NCBI GenBank assembly: GCA_944392325.1
Contig: CALXWI010000001.1
Span: 1 to 54,436 of the forward strand
Length of the DNA: 54,436 nucleotides
Direction of reading: 5' to 3'
Source: an uncultured Alphaproteobacteria bacterium
GTDB lineage: Bacteria; Pseudomonadota; Alphaproteobacteria; RF32; CAG-239
Position numbers and translations under genes: made by a program. Of this stretch, positions 36,982 through 46,774 are shown one piece after another. Positions within the stretch are counted from its first letter, which is position 1. Each line of letters begins with the position of its first letter. The notes beneath the pieces were generated by a model. It made no database searches. It saw only the letters and a program-made list of their open reading frames with translations, and had not been told where the DNA came from.

Positions 36982-37859
36982 TCTTGTTTGCGGATATGGT
37001 ATTTCTTCATTAAAGTAATTTCGGGGCTGTATTCCTGCTTTAAACGACGCAGCCCCGGAATGCCTTTATCGGCGCCGGTATTTAAGTATTTGCAATTATA
37101 ATATTGCTCCAAAAACAGAAGGTCATTGGCCTGAATGGCTCCTTTCCAATTAGATGATGCGTTGCTGAAATACATAAAAACGTTATCTTTATCTACGGCC
37201 TCGCCGACGGCATAGCCGATAATTTCGCCGTCGAGTTTTAGCACGTTGCCTTTTATCAGCGTTTTAAATAAATGCCAGTTTTTCAAAATTTTTAAAATAG
37301 TTTTATTTTGCTCCTCTACAAAAGGCTCAACTTTTTTGTATTGAAACAGTTTTTTGTGAAAATCTATGACCTGCTCAACATTTGCCATAGTCAAGGATTG
37401 GTAGGCGTAGTCGTAATTATGCAGAAAAAATTTGGCTTGCATCTTTTTGATATGATAACGCATTCCGGGGAGGTTTATTTGCTTGTCAACATCATAAAGA
37501 TATTCCGTAGATTTAGGTTCTTCCCTTAATCTGACCATATCACGGCAGGCGAGATGAATTTCTAAAGCCAGAGGAGCCAAAACGCTTTTGATTTCGGCAT
37601 TGGCAGGAAAGCAATCGCGGATTATGTGCTTCCAATCGCAATTATCCAAATTGCCGACCGGCAAGCGGTAATAAACTTTGTCTTGCTCGTGGTAGCGGAC
37701 CCAGCACAAGTCTTTGTCAAAGGCGAGCTCATATTGATAAGTATCTTTATTAGTCCACATACTGGTAAAAGTGCAGTCAAAGCTTTTGTTGCGGCTTTTT
37801 TCATACAATTTGGTGTAGCGTTGCGCTTGTTTGAAAGTCAGCGGTGTGAACTCGAGCAT
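36978..37859 (-). CDS. DUF2156 (lysyl-PG synthase C-terminal-like, GNAT fold) protein
   Basis: The general N-terminal pattern (LEFTPLT...YTKLY...FTSMW) and size resemble DUF2156. The ATG at 37859 is preceded by GGGAGAAG. Its stop overlaps the convergent GT2 stop. Confidence 0.45.
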   Translation of the reverse strand: MLEFTPLTFKQAQRYTKLYEKSRNKSFDCTFTSMWTNKDTYQYELAFDKDLCWVRYHEQDKVYYRLPVGNLDNCDWKHIIRDCFPANAEIKSVLAPLALEIHLACRDMVRLREEPKSTEYLYDVDKQINLPGMRYHIKKMQAKFFLHNYDYAYQSLTMANVEQVIDFHKKLFQYKKVEPFVEEQNKTILKILKNWHLFKTLIKGNVLKLDGEIIGYAVGEAVDKDNVFMYFSNASSNWKGAIQANDLLFLEQYYNCKYLNTGADKGIPGLRRLKQEYSPEITLMKKYHIRKQD

Positions 37860-37952
37860 TTTCTTCTCCCTATACATACATCGTAAATAACTAATATCTT
37901 ATATAATCATTCAATTGTATTTTTATAGGGGCGGGTAAAAAAATATTTGATT

Positions 37953-39287
37953 TTAGCTCAGAATTTTAACGCCGCTTTTGCCCTGTAAGCGAGACAAATT
38001 ATCGGACGAAATTTTGATACTGAAGGAAAGCTTATCCCCTTGGCATTGGCTAGACAGAACCTGACTATTGGCATGCAGCCACGCAATGGTTTTGCCGTCT
38101 TGAGCCGGAAGCTGAACCAAGATTTGCTTATCTTGAGAGGTTAAGATATTTTCAACCTCAGTCAAAAAGCGTTCCATTCCGGCGCCGCTCTGAGCTGATA
38201 CCGGAATAATGTTCGGGTGCCGAAGTGAATTTTTTTCAAGGCGGGAGACATCTTCCGGCGGAAGCAAATCTGTTTTATTGAGCAGTTCAATATAATTATT
38301 AGCGGAATCAGAATGCTCAAGCCCTAAACTGGCCAAAACGGAAAGGACATCTTTCTTTTGAGCATTAGAATCCGGATTAGAAATGTCACGGACGTGGACA
38401 ATAACATCAGCCTCCAAGACTTCTTCAAGTGTGGCACGGAATGCCATTATCAGCTCATGGGGCAAGTCAGAAATGAAGCCCACCGTATCAGACAAAATGA
38501 CTTCATTGCCTTGCTGCAAGCGGATGCGGCGCATGGTTGGGTCCAGCGTGGCAAAGAGCAAATCTTGGGCAAAGACCCCTGCTCCGGTCAAACGATTAAA
38601 AATTGAAGATTTGCCGGCATTAGTATATCCCACAAGTGCAACCACCGGATAAGGAATTTTTTGACGGGCGCTTCTTTGCAGGCTGCGGGTTTGTTTGACT
38701 TTATCAAGCTCCTTTTTGATGCGGACGATTTTATCGTCAATAATACGGCGATCTAGTTCTATTTGGGTTTCACCAGGACCGCCCAAGAATCCAGCGCCGC
38801 CGCGTTGGCGTTCCAAGTGGGTCCAACTGCGCACCAGACGGCTGCGTTGATAGCTCAAGTGGGCAAGCTCAACCTGCAATTTACCTTCTTTGGTTTGGGC
38901 GCGCTCACCAAAAATCTCAAGGATAAGAGCGGTACGGTCAATTACTTTGATTTGTAATTTTTTTTCAAGGTTGCGCTGCTGGATGGGACTGAGCGAGGCA
39001 TCGATTATCAACAGTTCTATGCCTTCGGAATCAACCGTGGCTTTGAGCTTGTCGATATAACCTTGGCCAAAGAAATTACCGGCTTTGACGGTTTTGAGGT
39101 TGGTGATTTCAGCAAAGCAAACATTTAAGTTGATGGACTGAGCCAAGCCGACAGCTTCTTCAAGGCGAGCTTCCGACGACAATAATATTTTAGAGTCGTA
39201 GATATTAGGAAAGACTACCCCTGCTTTGGTCGAAACCGCTTTATGTACCTGAGACGTGCTCAACTTAGGCTTCAGAGCTATTACCAT
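37953..39287 (-). CDS. hflX: GTPase HflX
   Basis: 444 aa. HflX N-domain, G1 [10 protein letters not shown]3 DTVGF, G4 NKTD. The ATG at 39287 overlaps hfq by 23 nt; an in-frame TTG at 39263 is an alternative start. Confidence 0.9.
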   Translation of the reverse strand: MVIALKPKLSTSQVHKAVSTKAGVVFPNIYDSKILLSSEARLEEAVGLAQSINLNVCFAEITNLKTVKAGNFFGQGYIDKLKATVDSEGIELLIIDASLSPIQQRNLEKKLQIKVIDRTALILEIFGERAQTKEGKLQVELAHLSYQRSRLVRSWTHLERQRGGAGFLGGPGETQIELDRRIIDDKIVRIKKELDKVKQTRSLQRSARQKIPYPVVALVGYTNAGKSSIFNRLTGAGVFAQDLLFATLDPTMRRIRLQQGNEVILSDTVGFISDLPHELIMAFRATLEEVLEADVIVHVRDISNPDSNAQKKDVLSVLASLGLEHSDSANNYIELLNKTDLLPPEDVSRLEKNSLRHPNIIPVSAQSGAGMERFLTEVENILTSQDKQILVQLPAQDGKTIAWLHANSQVLSSQCQGDKLSFSIKISSDNLSRLQGKSGVKILS

Positions 39288-39510
39288 TATCTTCAGGCAA
39301 CGCTATGTCTACTGCAGTGCCTGGCATAATGGTTGAAATGGCGTGCTTATAAATCAATTGGGTATGCCCATCGCGGCGCAGAAGTAGAGAAGTTTCATCA
39401 AACCAAGTAATGATGCCTTGCAGTTTGACACCGTTAACCAAAAACACAGTAACGGATATTTTGTTCTTTCTTAAATCATTAAGAAAATCTTCTTGTACAT
39501 TTTGGGACAT
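39265..39510 (-). CDS. hfq: RNA chaperone Hfq
   Basis: 81 aa. Sm1/Sm2 core [33 protein letters not shown]...[10 protein letters not shown]. Confidence 0.93.
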   Translation of the reverse strand: MSQNVQEDFLNDLRKNKISVTVFLVNGVKLQGIITWFDETSLLLRRDGHTQLIYKHAISTIMPGTAVDIALPEDNGNSSEA

Positions 39511-39605
39511 TGTAATAGCTTTCTTCTTATTATATTGTTTATTACAGTGCTATTTAAGCGCATTCGAGTTTAATAGTAAAGATATTTTATTTATAATCTA
39601 TTAAT

Positions 39606-40964
39606 CTATGCAAAAATTTTTTCAACCTTTTTAATTGCTCGCGAGCTGCAGAACAAAATCACGGTATCGCCAACTTTGAGGCGCTCATAGATATTGGGGT
39701 AGACAATTCCCTCTTCGCGGGAAATGGCACAGATTTTGCTGTTTTCGGGCAATTCCAACTCGACTATCTTTTTATCAGCAATTAAAGAATCTTCATCTAT
39801 TTTGAGCTCCCAGACTTCACCAAAGCCGCGACCAAGTGAATATGCTTTGGTAATTTTGGATTTACGAAGCTCTTTCAAAATACCAGAAACGGTAACGCTG
39901 GAGTTGTCGATGATAATGCTGTCGCTCAAGTTACTGACCAGACTGTTATAAGCCTTGGAATTGACCAATGAAATGGTGGTGCGTGCACCGTTCTTCTTGG
40001 CTATCAAAGAGGCTAAAAGGTTATCTTTATCCTTTAGAGTTATGGAAACAGTAACATCAACATTATCTATACCGCTGTCATCCAAAATGGTATCGCTCAG
40101 CATTTCACCGTTAATAACCGTGGTGCTATTGAGTTTCATGGCCAGATAGCGTGAGCTTTCCAGATCTTCATCAATAATACGGCAACTGCTGATATTGTCA
40201 TCTGCCTCAAGCTTTTGTGCCAACAGCAAGGCGATTTGGTTGCCCCCGAAAATAAGGACTTTTTCATTTTCAGGTCTATCCATACCAAAGGCGTGGATAG
40301 CGTCATCGATGTCTTTTTCTTCAACCATAAAAAAGATTTCGTCTCCGGCTTCCAGTGCAAATTCTTGGCTCGGAATAAAACTTTTGTTATTGCGAACAAT
40401 ACAAACCGGCGCTATATGCAACTCTGGAGCCGCCTGCTCAATATTCATCAATGGAATTTGCAGCAGAGGGCAGTTATCCGGACAACGAATGGCCAAAAGA
40501 TACAGATTGCGGTCGGCAAACGGCATAACCGATGTCGTTCCCGGAATTTTGATAATATTATATATGGCTTCTGCCACTTCAGCATCAGGCGAAATTATCA
40601 AATCTATGGGGATATGCTGTTCATTATATAATGTACACCAAACAGGGTTGAGATATTCTGAAGAATCAATTCGCGCGATTTTTTTGCGGACATTAAACAA
40701 ATAGTCGGCGACCTGACAAGCTACCATATTGACTTCATCATCATTGGTAACAGCCAAAATCATATCAGCATCGCTGGCTCCTGCACTTTCTAATATCTCT
40801 GGATGGGCGGCGTTGCCAACGATGGTCATGACATCCCATTCCTTTGAGATTTCATCTATGCGGCGGGCATCGGTGTCTATAACTATTATATCATTATTAC
40901 CATGGCTCAAATAACTAACCAAGTTTTTGCCAATACGCCCTGCTCCGCATACGATAATTTTCAT
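39606..40964 (-). CDS. trkA: Trk potassium uptake system protein TrkA
   Basis: 452 aa. Two RCK/NAD-binding halves (MKIIVCGAGRIGKNL and LIFGGNQIALLLAQ). Confidence 0.88.
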   Translation of the reverse strand: MKIIVCGAGRIGKNLVSYLSHGNNDIIVIDTDARRIDEISKEWDVMTIVGNAAHPEILESAGASDADMILAVTNDDEVNMVACQVADYLFNVRKKIARIDSSEYLNPVWCTLYNEQHIPIDLIISPDAEVAEAIYNIIKIPGTTSVMPFADRNLYLLAIRCPDNCPLLQIPLMNIEQAAPELHIAPVCIVRNNKSFIPSQEFALEAGDEIFFMVEEKDIDDAIHAFGMDRPENEKVLIFGGNQIALLLAQKLEADDNISSCRIIDEDLESSRYLAMKLNSTTVINGEMLSDTILDDSGIDNVDVTVSITLKDKDNLLASLIAKKNGARTTISLVNSKAYNSLVSNLSDSIIIDNSSVTVSGILKELRKSKITKAYSLGRGFGEVWELKIDEDSLIADKKIVELELPENSKICAISREEGIVYPNIYERLKVGDTVILFCSSRAIKKVEKIFA

Positions 40965-41932
40965 CTTTCTTCTCCTTCAAAGGCATCAAAATATTCATCT
41001 ATAGCTTGAAGCGCCAGTTGATAGTCATTGATTTTGGTATAGGTTTCACGGAACCTTTTGGCATCGCGAAGCTGCTTGCAATACCAGCAGACGAACTTGC
41101 GCGAAATGGCCAGTCCCATATTTTCACCATAATAATTCCGTAATTCTTCAAGATGTTTTAACAAAAAGCTTTTTATTTCTTTGACTGGAACTGCATGCGG
41201 TTCGCGCCCCTCGTGGAGGTAATAATGTGTTTGGCTAATAAGCCATGGGTTGCCTAAGCCGGCGCGGCCAATCATAACTCCGTCAACACCGGTTTCAGAT
41301 ATCATACGAGCGGCATCTTGCGGGCTGGTTATGTCGCCGTTGCCGATAACCGGAATATTAACCGCCTGTTTAACCTCGCGAATGATGTTCCAATCAGCCT
41401 CGCCGGAATAAAACGCACTACGAGTACGGCCATGAACGGTCAAATAAGCGGCGCCGCTATCCTCGCACATCTTGGCAAACTCAACGGCGTTTACGCTGCC
41501 CAAGTCCCAGCCTTTGCGAAACTTGACGCTGACTTTGAGCGGGGTAGCATCAACAACGCTGCGAATAATGGATGATGCCAGCTTTAGATTTTTCATTAGT
41601 GCAGAGCCGGAGTGGTTATTGACTATTTTTTTGACCGGACACCCCATATTAATATCAATAGAATGGGCGCCAAGCTCAGCCACCAACTGAGCCGCATCAT
41701 AAAATAGCTCCGGATTGCCGCCAACCAACTGGACAACCACGGGGTAAGGCTCATCGCTAACATCAGCGATGCGATAGGTTTTAGGATTTTTGCGTTGAAT
41801 AGCATTGACGGCAACCATTTCCGAAACCATTACTCCGGGGCCAAGTGAAGATACCAATTTGCGGAGAGGCTTATCGGTGATGCCGGCCATTGGTGCCATA
41901 AATACATTACTGTCAAAGTCTAATATTGTCAT
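40961..41932 (-). CDS. dusB: tRNA-dihydrouridine synthase B
   Basis: 323 aa. MAPMAGITD, DINMGCP and HGRTR motifs of the Dus family. Its stop overlaps the trkA ATG. Confidence 0.9.
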   Translation of the reverse strand: MTILDFDSNVFMAPMAGITDKPLRKLVSSLGPGVMVSEMVAVNAIQRKNPKTYRIADVSDEPYPVVVQLVGGNPELFYDAAQLVAELGAHSIDINMGCPVKKIVNNHSGSALMKNLKLASSIIRSVVDATPLKVSVKFRKGWDLGSVNAVEFAKMCEDSGAAYLTVHGRTRSAFYSGEADWNIIREVKQAVNIPVIGNGDITSPQDAARMISETGVDGVMIGRAGLGNPWLISQTHYYLHEGREPHAVPVKEIKSFLLKHLEELRNYYGENMGLAISRKFVCWYCKQLRDAKRFRETYTKINDYQLALQAIDEYFDAFEGEER

Positions 41933-42489
41933 TATATCTCAAAATTAAAATTACGGTTATATTCATGCATAAAGTCAATCAAAACCGGTGATGGTTTGTT
42001 GATATCGGCAACATAGCTATAACTATGCACGGCGTAATTGCGGATATCACTACGAGATGAGTAGCTGTTGTTTTCTAGCGCTAAAGGGCTTATTCCGCCT
42101 TGGTACAGGGCTGTGGCTTGTTGGTAATAGTTGCTCTTGGTTTCGGTGCTGATAAAATCCTTAAACGTATAAGTATTAAGCGGCTCTGAAGAAGACGATT
42201 TATCTGCATAAGTATATACATTGCGTTTATAGCGCTCAGCTCCGGTATCCTTAGCTGCGGTTTCTGAGCCATAGCTCTGCACCGAAAATAACGACTGTCC
42301 GTTAAGCGCGGATGAATACCCTGAAAAAGCCTCTGCCGAAACTGATGGCTGTGACCATGTGCCGCTTGATGTTGGCGTATCGCTCTGAAAACCAGCACGT
42401 TTACTATTGATGTCGTTGACTGACGAATAGATATCCGTCAGCAACTTATCAATTTTCAACGAATAATTTATGCCGGATGACAGCGCCAT
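41932..42489 (-). CDS. Ser/Tyr/Asn-rich low-complexity protein, function unknown
   Basis: 185 aa with no signal peptide or TM helix and a strongly biased S/Y/N/T composition. It starts 12 nt after the upstream giant gene, and its stop codon abuts the dusB ATG with no spacer (stop 41932-41934, dusB ATG 41930-41932 on the minus strand). Confidence 0.5.
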   Translation of the reverse strand: MALSSGINYSLKIDKLLTDIYSSVNDINSKRAGFQSDTPTSSGTWSQPSVSAEAFSGYSSALNGQSLFSVQSYGSETAAKDTGAERYKRNVYTYADKSSSSEPLNTYTFKDFISTETKSNYYQQATALYQGGISPLALENNSYSSRSDIRNYAVHSYSYVADINKPSPVLIDFMHEYNRNFNFEI

Positions 42490-42501
42490 TCCTTAGCCCT
42501 C

Positions 42502-45500
42502 TTAGTTGATTCTATCCAAAGATTTGGCCAAGATATAATAGAGCTTACCGACATCGGCTCCCGAAATAACCGAAAGCAACAAGCCTGATTTCTCGCTGTC
42601 TTTGGCTTTGGTTACCAAAGTTTCAAAATCAGTCAGGTAGCGCATTACAACATCGCGGAACTCGGCGTTATGCTCAAACTCGTTCTTGACGGCGATAATC
42701 TGACTACGGCTCATGGTGCGGGTCAAATGGCGGACAAAGGCCGCGGTATCACCGTTATAATACTTTTTCCAGAGTTCTTCTTCGACATTGGGGTTGAAAA
42801 TGCGATTAATGTCAACCGCAGATGCCTCCAATTTTTCAAGGATATAAGAAGCATTCTTTAAGAAAGTATCAACTTTGATGCCCTCGTAGACTTTTTCCAT
42901 ATCTTTAATTTTGAGATCAGCCTGAGCTGAGGTATCGGTTAAAATCTGGAGCTGTTTTTGGAACAAGTTATTGAAAGCATCGGAGCGCTTTAATACTTCC
43001 TCTCCTTGAACATTAAACTCTTCGGAAGTTTTACCCAAAGTCTTAACAACTTTGGTAACTTTATCCATCGTATCTTCACTAACCGAAGTAAGTACCTCTG
43101 ACTGTTTCAAGAATACTTCTCCGGAAGCGCGGATATCATTGGCTATACGCTCTGCATTAGTTGAAATTTCACTCAAAGAAGCGCGCAGCTTGGTGCCGGC
43201 ATGCTCCAGATTATCGGAGCTTTGGCGGGTGCTTTCTTCCAGCTCGGTGCTAAGCTGCTTTAAGCTGTCACCCAGGCCGCGAATCTTATCATAAGCATGG
43301 TTGGCGCGGTTAGAAAGCTCTTGCGAAGTATCATTCAAGACCGTATTAAAGTACTGTACCAGCTCTTTGGTGCCTTCAGATAATTCGAGCATTTTATCAT
43401 TTTGCTGAGATATCAAAGTATTGATTTCAACAACTCCGGTACTGGCTTCCGCCGTAACGGTATTGAAGTTGGATACATAATTCTCATAATCATTAACCAC
43501 CGTACCAATTTGCTCGCGAGAGGCAGCTATAACCTTAGTCAAATCATCGGCACTTTCAGCCAAAGACAGCCCCATTTGCTCAATATTTTTGGCTGAGCTC
43601 TTAGAAGCTTTGAGTACATCTTCATTGATTTTCAACAATTTATCGCCCAAAGCATCAAACTCAACCGCGACTTTAGAAGTAGCTGAGATGATATTATCAC
43701 TACTGTTTTTCAAATTATCAGTACTATCATTTATTTTTTGAGCTATGGTTGAAGATGCATCTGACAAATACTTGTATTGCTGGGCCAAAGATGCTTCTCC
43801 CAAGCGGGTTTGGGTGGATACGACATTAACAATATCTGACAAGCTTTCAACCTGATGAGCCAGATTTTCTTTAATACTGTCGCTTTGGGCTTGGACCTTA
43901 ACCAAAGAGTTATCCAAATTGTTAAGGTGAGTATCCATCATATTGGAAATACTTTGGCTTTCTTTGCCGAGCTTGGTAATACCGGCCTCCAGCTGTGAGC
44001 AATTATCTTTAATGCTGTCGCTGGCGTTGGCGGCTTCTTGTCTGACATTGTTAAATGTAGAGCTAAAGTCAGAGAGCATACCGCTAAATTCTTGAGATAT
44101 ATTTTTAATCTTATCATTCAAGGCATCAATAACGCGGCTTACTTCATCATTTTGCTCTTCAACCGCTTTATTGACTTGTATCAACTTATCAATTGATTTG
44201 ACAACATTATTATTAATCGCTTCGCTACGATTGCCGGCGTCCTCCTCAAGCATAGCCAGACGAGAGAAGACTCTATCGGCGTTTTGCTCAATAATTGAAA
44301 CTTGTTTCTTAAGCGAGCTACCGATGTTGTTGGTATTCTCAGAAATTTTATCACAGATATTCATAAACTCGTTTTCTTGATGCTTGAACAGCAAGGCAAC
44401 GGTTTCTGACTTATCATCAAAGGCTTTTATCATATCGCCGACATAGCTTACAACTTGTTCAGCCGAAGCATTAAGGGCACTATTTTGCTGATTGAAATAG
44501 TTTAACAAAGCGGAGTGAGTCTTCTCGGCGTTCTCAGCGGATTTATTAATAATTTCAGCCTGCATTGACAAGGTCTTAGATAAATTATCAGAGCGCTTGT
44601 CAAGGCTATCGCCGATGATTTCAATCTTTTTATAATGGTCATCGAGGCGGTTGCTGACATCATTAACTTTATCAAATACAGCCTCTGCGGCAGCGCTGAA
44701 CTCTTTACCTTGATTGTTAAGGTTGGCGCCTAAGGTCTTGTTCTTTTCAATAACCGCTTCTGAAATAGAAAGAATATTTTCCATTTGGGAACGCAAAGTG
44801 CCGATGGCTTGCAAGGCTTCCTCATTCATCATAGCTGAGGCTCGGTTGAGCTCATCAATTTCACGTTTTAGCTCGCCCTTAATCTCATCAATACGAGTCA
44901 TTGAGCTGTTGATATGGCGATGCTGCTGAGCCAATGCTGCCTCACTGACTTTGCTCTGGGCAACAACAATTGATGAGCTTTCATTAACCAAATCGGCGTT
45001 CTTTTTCATGGCATTGCCGATATCATTAAACTGCGATACGGCAATGGTGGTTTGGGTTTTGATGGTTTCTACGCGAGAAGACATCTCTTGCCCCAAAGAG
45101 CGCAAAGTATTAATACTGGTATTGGCCTGAGTTTCAAGCTTGTTTTGCTGGTTGATAATCTCATCAGTCATAGTGCCGGTGCGCAGAATAGCACTATCAG
45201 CCAGCTCGGCAACTTTAGAAGACTCTTTATTCAAAGTATCAACTACGGCATTAATGTTGCCAACGGCAATTTCTCCGGTCTTTTGCAATTTATCAGCCTC
45301 AGTCTTGATGCTGGTTTCAGCTGTTTGCATAGCGTTAACAATATCATCTGAAATACCGCGCATTTCTCTGACTTGAAGAGCAATGCTTTCTTCGGCGACA
45401 TTAGCTCGAGAGATGATTTTATCAACTTCTTGCCCGACCAAAACACCCTGCTCGCTGAACTTTTGACCAAGGTTATCGGCATTATGGTTGAGCATTTCAA

Positions 45501-46464
45501 TGTAATTTTGCATACTTTGGGTTTGAGCCTGCATTACATCAGCTACGCTCTTGACGCTGGAGTCTATGGTTTGGCGGATATTGTCGCAATCTTTAACGGC
45601 TTGTTGTGAAATACCTTCAATGCGTCCGGCCTGCAAAGACAAAATATCTGCGGCCTGTGCGATGCTATTGTTGGAGCGCTCTGCTATTTTCAGAACGGCC
45701 TCGTTGGTTTTGATTAGTTCTTGGCTGCTTTTGCTTGATACTTCTTGCAAGAGCTCAACCGAATATTTGATTTCATTGATATTGGGGAGAATATTGTGAA
45801 TCAAAGCATCGGAATCTTTCTGCAGAGAGGCAAAAGACGATGAAAAATCTTTGCTATATTGCTGAAAAGTCTGGGTTGACTGCAGAGCCTTGGAATTGAT
45901 ATTGTCAAAGCTTTGCGACAAATCTTTTACGGTATTAGCCAACTCAACAATAGTTTTGGAGGAATAGTTATCAAGCACGGCTACTAATTTGGAAAAATCC
46001 TCAACACGGGCGCTAAGCTCAGTTTTGATATTGGCACTTTGTTCCATGGCCAACTTGGTGGCTTCTTGCATTTCAACAACTTGGGCGCGGATGCCATCGG
46101 CCAGAGCTTTGGCGGTTTGAGCCCCACCGTCTTCAGGATAAACAAGTTGGTTCATATAAGCACGGAGGAAACGTGCCTCATTCTTAAAGCTGGTGCCGCG
46201 GTCAATATAAGCAACCACAATCCAGATAATCGCCAATGGGAGTGTAACTCCGGCCAAAAAGCCGCCAAACTCGTCCGGCATCATCAAAAACAAATTAGAC
46301 CAGCCGAAAAACTGAGTAATATAAAATAGGACTATGGCACCCCACGCGGCACTAATCCATATCATCAGGCGATACAGATTATTATTTAACCACGAATTTT
46401 GCGAATCTATAATTATTGCATCTTTACTTTGATGTTGTGCTGCATTTGATTGTTTTTGCGACAT
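42502..46464 (-). CDS. giant membrane-anchored coiled-coil (apolipoprotein-like helical repeat) protein
   Basis: Two N-terminal TM helices (LMIWISAAWGAIVLFYITQFF, FLAGVTLPLAIIWIVVAYI). About 1050 aa of S/N/Q/A/E/K/L-rich helical sequence. A non-repetitive ~130-aa C-terminal domain ending GADVGKLYYILAKSL. GGGGAAG lies 7 nt upstream of the ATG at 46464; the ATG at 46488 has no RBS. Confidence 0.65.
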   Translation of the reverse strand: MSQKQSNAAQHQSKDAIIIDSQNSWLNNNLYRLMIWISAAWGAIVLFYITQFFGWSNLFLMMPDEFGGFLAGVTLPLAIIWIVVAYIDRGTSFKNEARFLRAYMNQLVYPEDGGAQTAKALADGIRAQVVEMQEATKLAMEQSANIKTELSARVEDFSKLVAVLDNYSSKTIVELANTVKDLSQSFDNINSKALQSTQTFQQYSKDFSSSFASLQKDSDALIHNILPNINEIKYSVELLQEVSSKSSQELIKTNEAVLKIAERSNNSIAQAADILSLQAGRIEGISQQAVKDCDNIRQTIDSSVKSVADVMQAQTQSMQNYIEMLNHNADNLGQKFSEQGVLVGQEVDKIISRANVAEESIALQVREMRGISDDIVNAMQTAETSIKTEADKLQKTGEIAVGNINAVVDTLNKESSKVAELADSAILRTGTMTDEIINQQNKLETQANTSINTLRSLGQEMSSRVETIKTQTTIAVSQFNDIGNAMKKNADLVNESSSIVVAQSKVSEAALAQQHRHINSSMTRIDEIKGELKREIDELNRASAMMNEEALQAIGTLRSQMENILSISEAVIEKNKTLGANLNNQGKEFSAAAEAVFDKVNDVSNRLDDHYKKIEIIGDSLDKRSDNLSKTLSMQAEIINKSAENAEKTHSALLNYFNQQNSALNASAEQVVSYVGDMIKAFDDKSETVALLFKHQENEFMNICDKISENTNNIGSSLKKQVSIIEQNADRVFSRLAMLEEDAGNRSEAINNNVVKSIDKLIQVNKAVEEQNDEVSRVIDALNDKIKNISQEFSGMLSDFSSTFNNVRQEAANASDSIKDNCSQLEAGITKLGKESQSISNMMDTHLNNLDNSLVKVQAQSDSIKENLAHQVESLSDIVNVVSTQTRLGEASLAQQYKYLSDASSTIAQKINDSTDNLKNSSDNIISATSKVAVEFDALGDKLLKINEDVLKASKSSAKNIEQMGLSLAESADDLTKVIAASREQIGTVVNDYENYVSNFNTVTAEASTGVVEINTLISQQNDKMLELSEGTKELVQYFNTVLNDTSQELSNRANHAYDKIRGLGDSLKQLSTELEESTRQSSDNLEHAGTKLRASLSEISTNAERIANDIRASGEVFLKQSEVLTSVSEDTMDKVTKVVKTLGKTSEEFNVQGEEVLKRSDAFNNLFQKQLQILTDTSAQADLKIKDMEKVYEGIKVDTFLKNASYILEKLEASAVDINRIFNPNVEEELWKKYYNGDTAAFVRHLTRTMSRSQIIAVKNEFEHNAEFRDVVMRYLTDFETLVTKAKDSEKSGLLLSVISGADVGKLYYILAKSLDRIN

Positions 46465-46586
46465 AAATATACTTCCCCTATTCCCCATTTGTATATAAGT
46501 TCAAACTCGGGGTTATTGTATACCATTTTTTAATAATTTAAAGCGATTTAAGCGACTTAGCAGTACTTATTCACAACTCTTAGCGG

Positions 46587-46769
46587 TTATTCTTCCGCGG
46601 CCTTTTTCCGCAAGACATAACGGAGCTTTTGCAAGGCTTGAATTTGCATTTGTTCCTCACTCAACGAGGCCGGAACTATCACACTTACCTCAACTTTAGT
46701 TGAGCTCTCAATAGCGGTGACCTTAACATTGTTGCCGACCCGCATATATTCAAATAAAACTTCGCTCAT
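46587..46769 (-). CDS. small (60 aa) protein downstream of parC, function unknown
   Basis: Compact ORF 5 nt after the parC stop. MSEVLFEYMRVGNNVKVTAIESSTKVEVSVIVP... resembles small ORFs I recall in other alphaproteobacteria. Not verifiable here. Confidence 0.5.
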   Translation of the reverse strand: MSEVLFEYMRVGNNVKVTAIESSTKVEVSVIVPASLSEEQMQIQALQKLRYVLRKKAAEE

Positions 46770-46774
46770 CCGGC

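Noticed and set aside
40195-40704. 169-aa and 138-aa plus-strand ORFs inside trkA
   Set aside because: Antisense to a well-supported trkA frame, with no motifs and no RBS context.
42502-46464. The giant protein as a methyl-accepting chemotaxis protein or a phage tape-measure protein
   Set aside because: There is no MCP signalling-hairpin consensus or HAMP motif that I can see. There are no phage genes nearby, and it is embedded among core genes (parC, dusB) with tight spacing.
46465-46488. Upstream ATG for the giant coiled-coil protein (MGNRGSIF)
   Set aside because: There is no purine-rich RBS before 46488, whereas GGGGAAG precedes the ATG at 46464. The difference is only 8 codons, so this is of low consequence.
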